A DNA stretch of 64,000 nt from Leucoraja erinacea (Eukaryota). Position numbers and translations under genes: made by a program. How positions within the stretch are numbered: position 1 is the first letter of the stretch; each line of letters opens with the position of its first letter. The notes under the pieces are model-generated. The model saw only the letters and a list, made by a program, of their open reading frames with translations. It searched no databases and was not told where the DNA came from. Shown in pieces: positions 40,751 to 52,762 of this stretch. The stretch lies in contig NC_073403.1 in NCBI RefSeq assembly GCF_028641065.1, positions 16,058,001 to 16,122,000 on the forward strand. The letters are read 5' to 3'.

Positions 40751-40951
40751 GCTGGTGAGATTATTTCCAGAAAGAGCGTGCTGTTTTCTGGGATTCCGGA
40801 CATAATAGATGAAGAGAAGCTGAGAGACAATTTGATGATACATTTCCAGAAACCCAGCAACGGAGGTGGGGAGGTGGATGCGATCGTGTACATCCCTGTG
40901 GGGCAAAGCACGATAACTTCCTTTGAGCTAGACAGTGTGGTGGAGATCTGA
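40751..40951 (+). CDS. IFI35: IFI35 last coding exon
   Basis: SRKSVLFSGIPDIIDEEKLRDNLMIHFQKPSNGGGEVDAIVYIPVGQ..* matches the IFI35 C-terminus; the nine exons sum to 1146 nt (381 aa). Confidence 0.95.
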   Translation, partial: AGEIISRKSVLFSGIPDIIDEEKLRDNLMIHFQKPSNGGGEVDAIVYIPVGQSTITSFELDSVVEI

Positions 40952-43900
40952 AGATCCATGGTTTTACCCAGAAGAGAACATTGGAGTGCTAAATGCGAGC
41001 TAGGAATGATAAATTTATTTTCCTATTTGATTTTTAGACAATCTTATTCAGGTCTAATGCTGATGTCTGCAAAACTGTGTGTAAGGAACCCACAATGCGT
41101 TAATCCTACCCCACTCCCAACCAAAGCTCACCAAGCATGTTAAGCATGTGCGCATATACATCTAACATCTGCTGGAGAAACTCTTGCCAGTCTAGAGGCA
41201 CCTGTGGAAGGAAATGGACAGACGACATTTCTTCAGTCCCGACTCAATACGTCGTCTGTCCGTTCCCTCCACAGCTGGTGCGTCTTGCAGTTTCTTGTGT
41301 CTCAAACCAAATGTTAATGTTTTTTTGAGAACGCCACACCATGCGTGCAGAGGAACCTTGGTGGGGACGTCAATGGCGAGTGGACATCCCATATAGACGC
41401 TGCTTTCAGGGAACTATGCAGTTGAACCCCTTGATCCTTCTGTTCTACAACATTCCCCAGGGCTATACTGTTGCACAATTCCGTCTTTAAAAATGCACCC
41501 CAGGACAGAGAGGCTGAGCTAGGGAAGGAGGTCTGGCGCCTTAGTCAGGGCTGCAAAGTATGTTCAAACTTGGATTGAAGATAGACACAAGATTTGTTAT
41601 TCTCAGTGTGTGTGTGTCCTCACTATGATCTTGAACGCAGGAAATGGTCAGGAAAGTGCAATAATGCAGCAGTAATGTTCCATTTAGATTATTGTCACGT
41701 GTACCGAGGTACAGTGAAAAGCTTTTGTTGCATGCTAACGTTAGCGGAAAGACAATACATGATTACAATGAAGCCATATACAGTGTATAGATACATGACA
41801 AGGGAATAATGTTGTAGAGCGTCATATCACAGTGTAGAACTTTCAATTCCAAACATAAAGCCTTTTATAATGTAAGTAGTTAGTTTCCCCTTTTGATTAT
41901 TTTGGATTATGTCCATGTGCATTCATGAGAGCATTACAGACGCTTGTGGTTAGGGTAGTTGTGAATAATCTGGAAGAATTAGGATCTGTGGTCTGTGGGA
42001 ACAGGTGGTCATTTGGAGGGTTTGATGTGAAGGTTGTATCAGGAGTGCAAGGGTGACCAAGGCCTAACTGCCTGTCCGAATTTCTGGACTGTTGCCAAAT
42101 GACCTGGTAATGGTGGAGGTGGCAGTAAACTCCAGGAGAAAGCTATTTTCAGTTTCATAATTTACACCTAATGCTATTGAATTTCTAAGCTCCACATCTC
42201 CTCTTCGAAAAAGCCTCTCGTCATCTGATACCCTCAAATTATACTGCCTTATGTTACTCAATGTCGGATTCTGTCTACAAAGGACTTGTGAAGTGCCTTG
42301 GGACATTTTATGAAAGACATATTAATAAAAGCTTAACAGAGGTTTGTTTTTATGTTAATCGCATGCTCGTGTTTCTATGCTGAATGAACAAGAATTGGCT
42401 GCTCATGCCATTTAAAAATTACATTGGTAAACGCCTTCCATAGAAATAAACATGTACATTTGGTTCATACAACACGGGTGACCATATAAATATTTAGTCA
42501 ACAGATTTACGCTTAACAATTAGTCTGAAGAACCCAAAATGTTTAAGAAGGAACTGCAGATGCTGGAAAATCGAATGTAGACAAAAGTGCTGGAGAAACT
42601 CAGTGGGTGCAGCAGCATCTATGGAGCGAAGGGAATAGGCAACGTTTCGGACCGAAACACTTCTTTAAACCCAAAATGGTGTTTGTTCATTTACTCCTGG
42701 GATGCTGCTCCGCTGAATTCCTCCAGTACTTTGTATTTTCCTCAGGTTCCAGCAACTGCAGTTTCTTGTGTCTCCAACCTAATGTTAATGTTTATTTGAG
42801 AACACCTCACAGCAATACCACACCATACGTGCAGAGGAACCTTGGTGGAGATGTCAATAGAGAGTGGATATCCCACATATACGCCGTGGGCAGGTCAGGG
42901 CTGGCTTGGTGAGTCCCAGAGCATGTGCTGGACTTTGGAGTGTGCTAATCACAGCCCTTGCTTGTGGATGCTTCCTTCTGCTGGAGACCAAAAGGTTTTG
43001 CGCAGTCCACACTAAGCTGAAGGAGATGAACCCACTAGTGGAGCACAGGACGGAGTGCAGAGACTGTTGTGGATGAAGCAGGAAAGATATCAGAGCATTT
43101 AGTTTTTAAGAGGGAACTGCAGAGCAGGAGAAGATACACAAAAAAGCAGAAACTCAGCCAGCACATCTATGGAGCGAAGGAAATAGTTTCGGGCCGAAAC
43201 CCTTCTTCAGACTGACGGGGGCGGGGGTGGGTAACAAGAAAGGGGGTTGGAGGGCAGGAGGGATCACAGATGGGGGACAGTCCCCACACCTCTGTCTAAC
43301 AGGACTCTCTAACAAGAGGGGGTGACTCTCTTCCCCACCACAACTAAACCTCTGTGGCCCTTCAACTCACCATGTCCGTGCCGACCATTAAGCCAATCTA
43401 AATGCCATCTGCCTACACATGGTCTATATCCTGCTATTTCCTGCCCGCTCCTATATCTGAGGATATACATTTCGCTGAGTACATATTGTTGAGATTATTA
43501 TTTGCTCAGGTGTACAAAATGTATATTTTTTCCTAATTCAGTTAGTGAGTAATTTATCAATATTTCATTAAGTTACAAGCACTGACCAGAATATTTAATC
43601 ATTCGCAGACCTTTGGGAGTGCCTCTCTCATGAGGTGCAATGCAATTCAGTAAAGATTTCTTGCCTCTCATTGATTGAGGATAGCCATCTTTAGAATAGC
43701 AAAATTATTCCCAGCACACAAGGGAATTAATTGTTCTCAATCTATTTCAATTAATATCGCATAAATTATCCAATCCTATTTTCAACACCAAAAAAATACT
43801 TTCAGAATCAAATGCTGCCTCACTAAACGACTCCCAACATAAAAAGCATTAAAAAGGATATGCAAGAAACTGCAGATGTTGGAATATTGAGCAAAGCACA

Positions 43901-45866
43901 AAGTGCTGGAGGAACTCAGAGGGAATGGACAGACGTTTCGAGTTGGGGCCCTTCTGCAGATTGATTGTAGTAGGGAAAGAGAAGGCTGGAAAAGAGATGA
44001 GGGCGAAACTAGACTTGGCAAGTGATAGATGAATACAGATGAGGGTTTGATTGGCAAATGGGTGGAATAAGAAGCATTTCTGTTCTAAAGATCGCTAAAT
44101 GCATCATCAGTAATCTTTACAGAATCTCATTTCTCTTATATAAGAAATGTTTTCTGCATTTGCTGTTTTGGAAAACAAAACAACAAAAACTGTTAATGCT
44201 AAATCTTAAAATCACAAGATAAAATGCATTTTAAAGACTTTAACATTATCATCAGGTTATTATGAATGATTTTCTAGCAGGATATTGAAAAAAATACAAA
44301 TAACCAGACAATGGCAACGCATTTTTTTATCAAAGGGAAATCATGTTTGATTTCTTTATTTGCTCTCATTGAAGAAGCACCGTGTAGTGGAGAAAGGGGA
44401 ACCAGTAGATGTGATATACTTGGTTTCCAGAAATCAAATCCATGATCTTTGTGAAAATGAAACTATATGGTATAGGAGGTAATGCGTCGGTGTGACTGAA
44501 AAAGTAGCTTTCAACCAGGAAATAGAGGGGCCATAAATGGAGACAAAGTGCTGGATGGGCAGCATCTCTGGGGAACATGGATGGGTGACGTTTTGGGTCA
44601 GGACCCTTCTACGGACTGATTGTAAGGGGGTGGGGGGAACCTGGAAAAGAGGTACAAAATCAGGTAAGTGATAGGTGGATACATGTAATGTATGGAAAAG
44701 CCAGCAATGAAAAGACCAGAAGTGTGAGATAAGGATAGAAGGGGCACGAAATGTGAAGCCAGAGGAAGGAATATAGGTGGAAGGGGATGGGAGGGGAAGG
44801 GAAACGCGAGGAATGTGTGCCCATCCATGTGGAGCACAGGGAAAATGAGGGGACGGGTGTGTGTAGGTTAGTTACCTAAAATTGGAGAATTCAATGTTCA
44901 TACCATTGGGTTGTAACTACCTGAGCAGAATATGAGGTACTGTTCCCCCTGTTTGCATGTGGCCTCACGCTGGCATTAGAGGCCGATGTAACGGAGGCCA
45001 CAACGGGTGCATCCATTGGGGTAGAATAGTTAGAGGTGCAGGTGAACCTGCCTCACATGAAGGGATCGCTGGGGTGGTGGGAGATATGTGCGTTGCACAG
45101 AGGTGGCAAGGGAACTGGGGGGAGAGGGGTTGCTGGTAGGGAAGGTATTACTTGAAATCAGAGAAGTCAGTGTTCTTGCGTTTGGTTGTAAGCTACCCAA
45201 GCGGAATATGAGTAGGAAGGACACAAAATGCTGGAGTAGTTCAATGGGACAAGCAGCATCTCTGGTGACGTTTCGGGTCGAGACCTTTTTTCAGACTGAA
45301 GACATTCCTTCTCTCCAGAGATGCTGCCTGTCCCGCCGAGTTACTCCAGCATTTTGTGTCTTATCTTCGGTGTAAACCAGCATCTGCAGTTCCTTCCTAC
45401 ACACGAATTGGGATGAGGAAGGTGTCTGGAACCGAAACAGCACCCATTCCTTCTCTCCGGAGATGCTGCCTGTCCCGCTGAGTTACTCCAGCATTCTGTG
45501 TCTGTTGCCAAGCGGAATACGAGGTGTCGTTCTTCCAAGACTGTCCCCCAAACGCTCCAGTGATTTCGGCCTCCTCTTGTTCCCCAGGCTGCCCGCAGCG
45601 GTTCAAATTCCGCCAGATTCCCGGGCCAACACTGAGGGTGTTTGGGACCTACGCTGGCGCTGCCGTGCCGGGGAGATGAGCCTGTCCCTGTCCCTGTCCC
45701 TGCCCCTGTCTCTGCAGAGCTGCCTGATGCTCCTTGCCTGCGGTTGCAAAGATGAAGCCCGCGTTACACAGAGAGAGAGAGCCGGAGCTCGGTGTGTCTA
45801 ACCCGGCCAGGTCTAGTCTCTTGCAGCGGGGATCAGACTCAGGGCTGCAGCCAGCCCTGAAATCAG

Positions 45867-45957
45867 ACTTTCACTTTCGATACTGATATATTCGCGGTTG
45901 CGTTTTTTCTTTTCTGTTTCTCCACGGATTCGAGGATGGTTCGGATGGTCGACAAAG
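45867..45957 (+). promoter_or_regulatory. ISRE-containing promoter and putative exon 1 of the RBM43/DTX3L-like gene
   Basis: ACTTTCACTTTC (45867-45878) and TTTCTGTTTC (45911-45920) inside a CpG-rich region (~45590-46540); donor AAAG|GTAAGG at 45958. Confidence 0.6.
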
Positions 45958-48779
45958 GTAAGGGCTCTGGTGTCCGTTTTTAAACCTGGTGGGACTGGCC
46001 GAAAAAGTAAACCCATTGCTAAACCCTTCGGTGGGGCTTTTCTCCGTCGGAAAGGAACGTGTGGGTGGCTACAAAAGAAAAATAAAATGGCAACATCCGC
46101 ATTTATGTAGTCGTAAACATCGCGAGCCTGGTCGACAGCAAGAGACCCCGCTTGTGGGGCTGGAGTTAGTTAGTTTGGATAAACAGCGCACAGGATGAGT
46201 CACCCTGAAACAGAATGTAATGTCGAGGGCTGGGGCCAGCGGAGATGTTCCACTGTGAGGGAGTGTGGCCTCGCTGGGTTAAGCTGTTCCAGAGGCCCGG
46301 GCTAATGCCTTCAGATTGCGCCGTAGCATAGTCTGAAGATTTGAGTCTGGTCGAAGCAACTAGTCGCCAACCCTCAGTGCGTCGCCTCCCAGTCTCCAGG
46401 TCCAGGGGCTGTGGCCGCTCGTCCCGTCTAGGAGTCTAGTCTGGCCCTCTAGGCTAGACTGAGGAAGGTGCCCCCGCCACGGGAGATGTTGAGCTTAGCC
46501 CCGGTTGCATACCGAGTGCAGCTTGGGCCAGCGTTCATCTCTTAACCAAAGCCAGAATTACTTCTTCTTGAGTGGTTCCCTCAGGATTGGAGACGACCAT
46601 TGCCTTCAGGTGGGTTGGGGGCAACTGATAGGGGGAGGAGGGGTCGGCGGACCCTGGCAGAGGTGGGCCAGGTGATGCATCTTTGGGGTGGGATAGGGGA
46701 GGTGTGAGAGGGGGTAGCTCTTTCCACCATTTGCACAGCATATTGTGTGCTGTTGAGGTGTGAGCCCAAGGGTCTAGAGTCATACACACAGAAACAGGCT
46801 GCCCAGCCCAAATGGATCATGCCGACCAAGATGCCCCTTCTCAGCCAGACCCAATTGCCTGCTTTTGGCTCATAGAAACATAGAAAATAAGTGCAGGAGT
46901 AGGCCACTCGAGCCAGCACTGCCATGCAATATGATCATTGTTGATCATCCAAAACCAGTACCCCGTTCCTGCTTTCTCCCCATATCCCTTTAGCCCTTAA
47001 GAACTATATCTAACTCTCTCTTGAATACATCGTATTCCTCACCACTCTGAACCTTTCGTATCTGTGTAAATATATCTTGGGTGCTGTTATCGTACCCGCC
47101 TCAATTATTTCCTCCGTTGGCTGGTTCCATATACCCACAACCCTCTGTGTGATAAAGTTGCCCCCTCAGGTCCCTATTGAATCTTTCCCCTCTCATCTTA
47201 AACCTCGGCCTTCTAGTTCTTATGTCCTCTACATTGGAAAGAAGATGGCTGATTTACAGCTAGACAATTAAATCGCCAAATAAACTGTGTAAGTGCTCCA
47301 AAAAAAGGCAATTTCTAAAGAGAGGAAGTCCTGTTGGTGTTTACAGCAATGCACCTTCCTGAACCTTAACATTCATTGTTCTTTGCTAGAAGCTGGCAGG
47401 CCAGCTATGCATTTCTAATCTTCTACTATGATTATTTATACCTTGGGCATGTTTGGACATGTTCTACTAAAGTCAATGAGACTGATCACATGAAAAATAC
47501 CAGTGCAGGGGAAACACTTCGTACCTGGGTCATTGTAGTAACCTTAGGAATCCTAACAATATATATTGCAGGTACCATATGGTAATTGTGTAGAAAGGAA
47601 CTTGTTGTATTCAGATTATTGTGGACCCTTTTAATTTTTATAGACACTCAATACCAAGCTCCTCATGCTTGTGTGTGCATTCCCTGGTTACTCTATTAAC
47701 AAATGACACAAAGTGTTGGAGTAACTCAGCAGGTCAGGCAGCATTTGAGCAGGACATAGATAGGTGATGCTTTGAGTCAAAGCCCTTTTTCTGATTGATT
47801 GTCCTGGGCGGAAGGAAAACTGGAAGAGATGAGGGCCAGGGCAAAGCATGGCAGATGAGGGGGGTTTCTGATAGGTAGATGGTCGGACAAAGGCCAGAAA
47901 TGAAAAGGATTAAAGAGTCGCGAACTGTGAAATTGGAGGAAGGAATGTAGAAGGGAGGTGAAGTGGAGAGGAGAAATAGGTGTGAACCTAGGTGGGGGCA
48001 CTGGGGAGAGGGGAAAAGGGTTATGTGAGGACCTAAAATTGGAGATTTCATTGCTCATACCATTGAGTTATTGTAAGCTACCCAAAATAAGAGGTGCTGT
48101 TCCTCAAGTTTGTGTGTAGCTTTACTCTGGCAATGGAGGAGGCCTTGGACAAAAAAGGCCAGTATGGGAATGGGAAGAGGACTTAAGGACTTAATAGGGT
48201 TAGCAATCGGGTGATTGGCACCGTTGGGCTGGAAGCTACCGTGGACTGACGAACAAGCTGTCTTGTGATCCTTCTCTCATCGCCAGCGCTTATTATAATA
48301 TTGATCATAAAGTGATCACGAGAGTAATCTGTATCTGGAATGAGCTACCTAAGGACGCTAGAGAAGCGGATGCAATTACGACTTTTAAAAGGCCTTTGGT
48401 TAGATATGTGAATAGGAAAGGTTTAGAGGGCGATGGGCCAAATGCAGACAAATGGCAGCAGCCAAGTATGCCAACTTGGTCAGTATGGACAAGGTGGGCC
48501 GAATGGTCTGTTTCTGCGCTGTACAGCTGTACGACTGTCCCTCGACAAATGTCAGACCCACCCCCAAGCATAGTTCTGGCTGCATGAAACTAAGAGCCTA
48601 AGTTGGATGAAGACAGAAATAGAAAACTTGCCTTCGTATAGTATCCTTCATATCTTATCAACAATCTATTGTGATTTACAGTCAATAACATAGCTTTAAT
48701 GCACAGGTACTGTTGTAAGGAAGGAAATGCAGAATTTGGTGTTTTGAGCTTAAACGATCCTTTTCTGTTGCAGTCTGAA

Positions 48780-48954
48780 ATGGAGAGGAGCGTACACGTG
48801 TCTGACCTCCCCAGAGGCTTTTCAAAGCAGAGCCTCGAAGACAAGCTCATGATTCATTTCTTGCGGACCAAGAACGGAGGAGGTGAAATCATCGACGTGG
48901 TGTTCCCCTCGGAGACACTCTCATCTGCTCTCATCATCTTTGAGGAAGCAGAAG
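48780..48954 (+). CDS. RBM43/DTX3L-like protein, coding exon 1 (RRM/NID-like domain)
   Basis: Acceptor at 48772-48773, gaaATGG; MERSVHVSDLPRGFSKQSLEDKLMIHFLRTKNGGGEIIDVVFP..ALIIFEEAE; donor GTAGGC, phase 1. Confidence 0.9.
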
Positions 48955-50463
48955 GTAGGCTGCAAAATGAAATTCCAGAAATAAAAGGCATGAAAATGCC
49001 AGCCATTCTCTGATGAAGTGAACATAACTTATTCCCAGCCACCCTGTTCCCTGTCCCTCCTTTGTCCTACATTTATTTCCCTTATATTCCCTCTCTATCC
49101 CCTCGCCCCTGTCCCCCTCCCCTCAGTCGCCATCCACCCACACTCCTCTCTCCGGCTTTCCATTTCACTCCTCCTCATCTCTCTTTATGTCTTTTGTCTC
49201 TTTTTCACCTCTAGCTCTTGTGACTTACTCCACCTCATCAACCAACCACCTACCCTCATCTGTACCCACCTATCACTAGCCAGGCTTTGCTTTACCGCAC
49301 TCTCCTTTCCGGCTTTCATCGCCATACTCCCATCTTTCAGAAGAAGGATCCCAACCCAAAACGTCATCGCTCCATTCCCTCCACAGATGGTGCCTGACCT
49401 GCTGAGTTCCTCCAGCACTTTATATTTTCAGGCTCATTCTAGCTTGGAACAAAAGAAGAAATGGAGAGCGGTTCAGTTGTCACTGGCATGGGTTTTGTTG
49501 GGGGTGCTTCATAATGATTTTGCTCCCTGCAATATTCCATAATGCCGTTCATGGCTTGCAGAGTATCCCTTTGTTTCCCATTCCTACCTGCTCCCTCTTT
49601 TTCCAGCCCTTGCCTCCACCACCACCCCTGCCAGTGTGTTTCAACACCCACCACCCTCTGTGTAAAAAACATACTAGGACTATCTCCTTTAAATTTTGCC
49701 CCTCTCACCTTGAAGCTAAGCCCTCCAGTCTGTGACATTTCTATCCTTGGAAAAGGGTTCTGACTGCCTACCCTTCATGTGAAAACACACTCTCTACCCT
49801 CTTTATGGACGATTAGACGTATCTGTGAGGGTAGTGAAGATGACAAAGGCTTGACCCAGGACCTCAGGTGATGCAGGTGAGATTACAGAGAACGAGATTG
49901 GATGCCTTTGTAACATCGAGTCAGAATGTCACTTCAGGGATAAATACGCCATGGATGCAGAAAGTAATCTGGTTCAGTAACAAACACTGGCCAAAGAAAG
50001 GTGTACAGTTGATGATGGAAATTCAAGCAACGTACACAGGGAAACTGACCCACTTGTCTGCAGATGGTTTGTCACACAGCAGGGTTTAGTTTAGCATGGG
50101 GGAATGCCTAATGCAAAGTCACCCACCTACACTCCGGGTTCTAACAGTGCCACCCACCCCACAGGTAATATGAATGGAACCAGGAACGTCCAGCATCTCC
50201 GAAGATCAAGGATAGGTGACATTTTGGATCAGGATCCTTGGTCACAGGGAGAACTTGCAGACTCCACACTGGCAGCACCAGCGGTCATGATTGAACCCAG
50301 GTCTCTAGCACTGCGAGTCTGCATTGCTAACCATTACACCATTGTGCCATCCCAGGTTTTACGTCTTGAGAACTCCTATTGATGGGCCAGATAATGACTG
50401 ACAATGTTAGCGAACATATAAGTCTATGGTCTTAAATATAATCGTTTTGTATTCCTTATTCAG

Positions 50464-50567
50464 TGGCTCAGCGAGTTCTCCAAATTGAAAACCATGTTCT
50501 TGCAATTAACGGGGAACAACACAAGTTAAAAGTGAAGTCCGCTAATACTGTGATCCAAGTTGATCAG
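50464..50567 (+). CDS. RBM43/DTX3L-like protein, coding exon 2
   Basis: VAQRVLQIENHVLAINGEQHKLKVKSANTVIQVDQ; phase 1-0, AG/GTAAAT. Confidence 0.88.
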
Positions 50568-52420
50568 GTAAATGAAAAATTATTGATATATTTCCAAATA
50601 GATTTTCATTTCCATATTTCATGACTATCTTCTAGTTGTGGTCACTAGTGAACTGCCAAGTTAAGGCTAAGATTGGACATGTGTGGTGCACTATACGGTT
50701 CTGAACCATGCTCCTGATGCATTGACAGCAGAGGCTTCAGTAGAAATGTTATACCTGCTTGCAGACAATACCAATTGCTTATTAATTCACCAGAGGATAA
50801 TAGACAATAGGTGCAGGAGTAGGCCACTCGGCCCTTCGAGTGAGCACCGCCATTCAATGTGATCATGGCTGATCATCCCCAATCAGTACCTCATTCCTGC
50901 CTTCTCCCCATATCCTCTGACCGCTATTTTTAAGAGCCCTATCTAGCTCTCTCTTGAAAGTATCCAGGGAACCGGCCTCCACTGCCCTCTGAGGCAGAGA
51001 ATTCCACAGACTCACAACTCTCTGTGAGAAAAAGTGTTCCCTCGTCTCTGTTCTAAATGGCTTACCCCTTATTCTACCACAATAACTGTGTATTTTTAAC
51101 AAATGTACTTAAAAACCTTTGTGAAAAACAACAAGTTTATGAATTGCAACGTGTTCCTGGTTTCTATTGAACAGCAGCTTGTGGGATTAACCTGAGGGTT
51201 CCTGTACAGGCGGCAGGGAAATCTTTTAAAATTTAAGTATTAGGTATGAATGTTGATTCATTTGATAGTGACCGTTTTAAATTTGTTAAATTATTTTTTA
51301 TTGCTGAATTAAAAGGATGACAAAGCATGTCATTTTACATCTTTCCTTGTTGTTAAAATTGTGTCTGTGCCCAGTGTCAAATCTTTACATTTATAATGTA
51401 AACTGGGGTGTAAATTTGTAACACTGATTACGCCCTCCCTCCCATTGAAGTGGCTGGAGTGTGAGATTCTCATGTGAATGGTTTCCATTTTTAAAATGTT
51501 GATATTGCAGTATATTATGCAACAGTCAAATAAAAAAGAGAGTGTATGTTATCAAAATGAAAATGAGTCAGATCAGCCAGCACATTGAATCCAATGATCA
51601 CCCAAACTCTCACCCTGCTTTTATTTAAGGTTTAATACAGTCTTGTCAGCTTGTGCACAGTGTCACGGGGAAAAAAGTTTAAAAAAATGTATTACAAATA
51701 TTTGTAACTATTGTTTACAAGTATTATTATACACAATCACAGACTCTGATATCCCTCTGAAATCCCTCTGACAGCATTAGCACAGTTGTGTGTTTTTCCC
51801 GTTCTCTATAATGGTTTCTGCTTAACCTTTTAACCAAGATATTAATTTTATTTAGGATGGGTCATTTGAATGTATTCATAGAATCATACAGCATAGTTAG
51901 AGATCAATTGGTCCAACTTGTCCATGGGAAAGATACCCCATCCAAGCTAGTCCCATTTACCCCCTATTTGGCTCATGCCCCTCTAAATTTAATCCATGAA
52001 CTTGTTTACATTTATTTTAAATGTTGTTACTGTACCTGCTTCATCTACTTCATATGCTTGTTCCAGATACCCACCTGGGCAAAAAAGGTGCCCCTCAAGT
52101 ACCTAGTAAATTTTTCCACTATCACCTTAAACCCATGACCTATAGTTCTTGATTCCTCTAACTCTGGAGAAAAATAGGTGTTGTTCATTCACTATATCTA
52201 TTCCCCTCATGATTTTATATATTTCTCTAAAATTACCCCTCAGTCCTAGGTTGTTCAATCTCTCCCTATAGCTCAGGCCCTCAAGTCCTGGCAAAATCCT
52301 CATACATCTTCTCTACACACTGTTCTAACTTCATTTTGTTACCAGATTTCATCCATTTAAATAAAACTAAGTTTTCTTTCAAGCTTCAAGTTGTTCACAT
52401 GAATATGATGGCAGATTTGG

Positions 52421-52556
52421 GGTGGGGGATTGGAACCTTCATGTGGTCCGCCCTGTTTCGACGAATGCCAGCAACCTGGTGTGCACAATCAAATAAGATC
52501 AAATAGAACAAGTTGTCCTACAACTTTAGGCTGTGCACGCCATACGCAAGAAGAAG
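52421..52556 (+). mobile_element. ~135-bp short retroposon with (AAG)n tail, copy 2
   Basis: Same sequence as 19477-19610; gatggcagat duplicated at 52407-52416 and 52559-52568. Confidence 0.7.
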
Positions 52557-52762
52557 GAGATGGCAGATATGATAGTGGCATTTAGATAGGCACATGGATA
52601 TACAGGTAATGGTGGGATATGAATCACATGCAGGTAGAAGAGATTGTTTTAGCATGTTCAACAGAGACATTATGGGCCAAAGGGCATGTTCCTGTGCTGT
52701 ATGTTTTAGGTATACTATTTATTTTGGACTCTAACTACTGTTAGTCTTTTATTTGTCATCAG

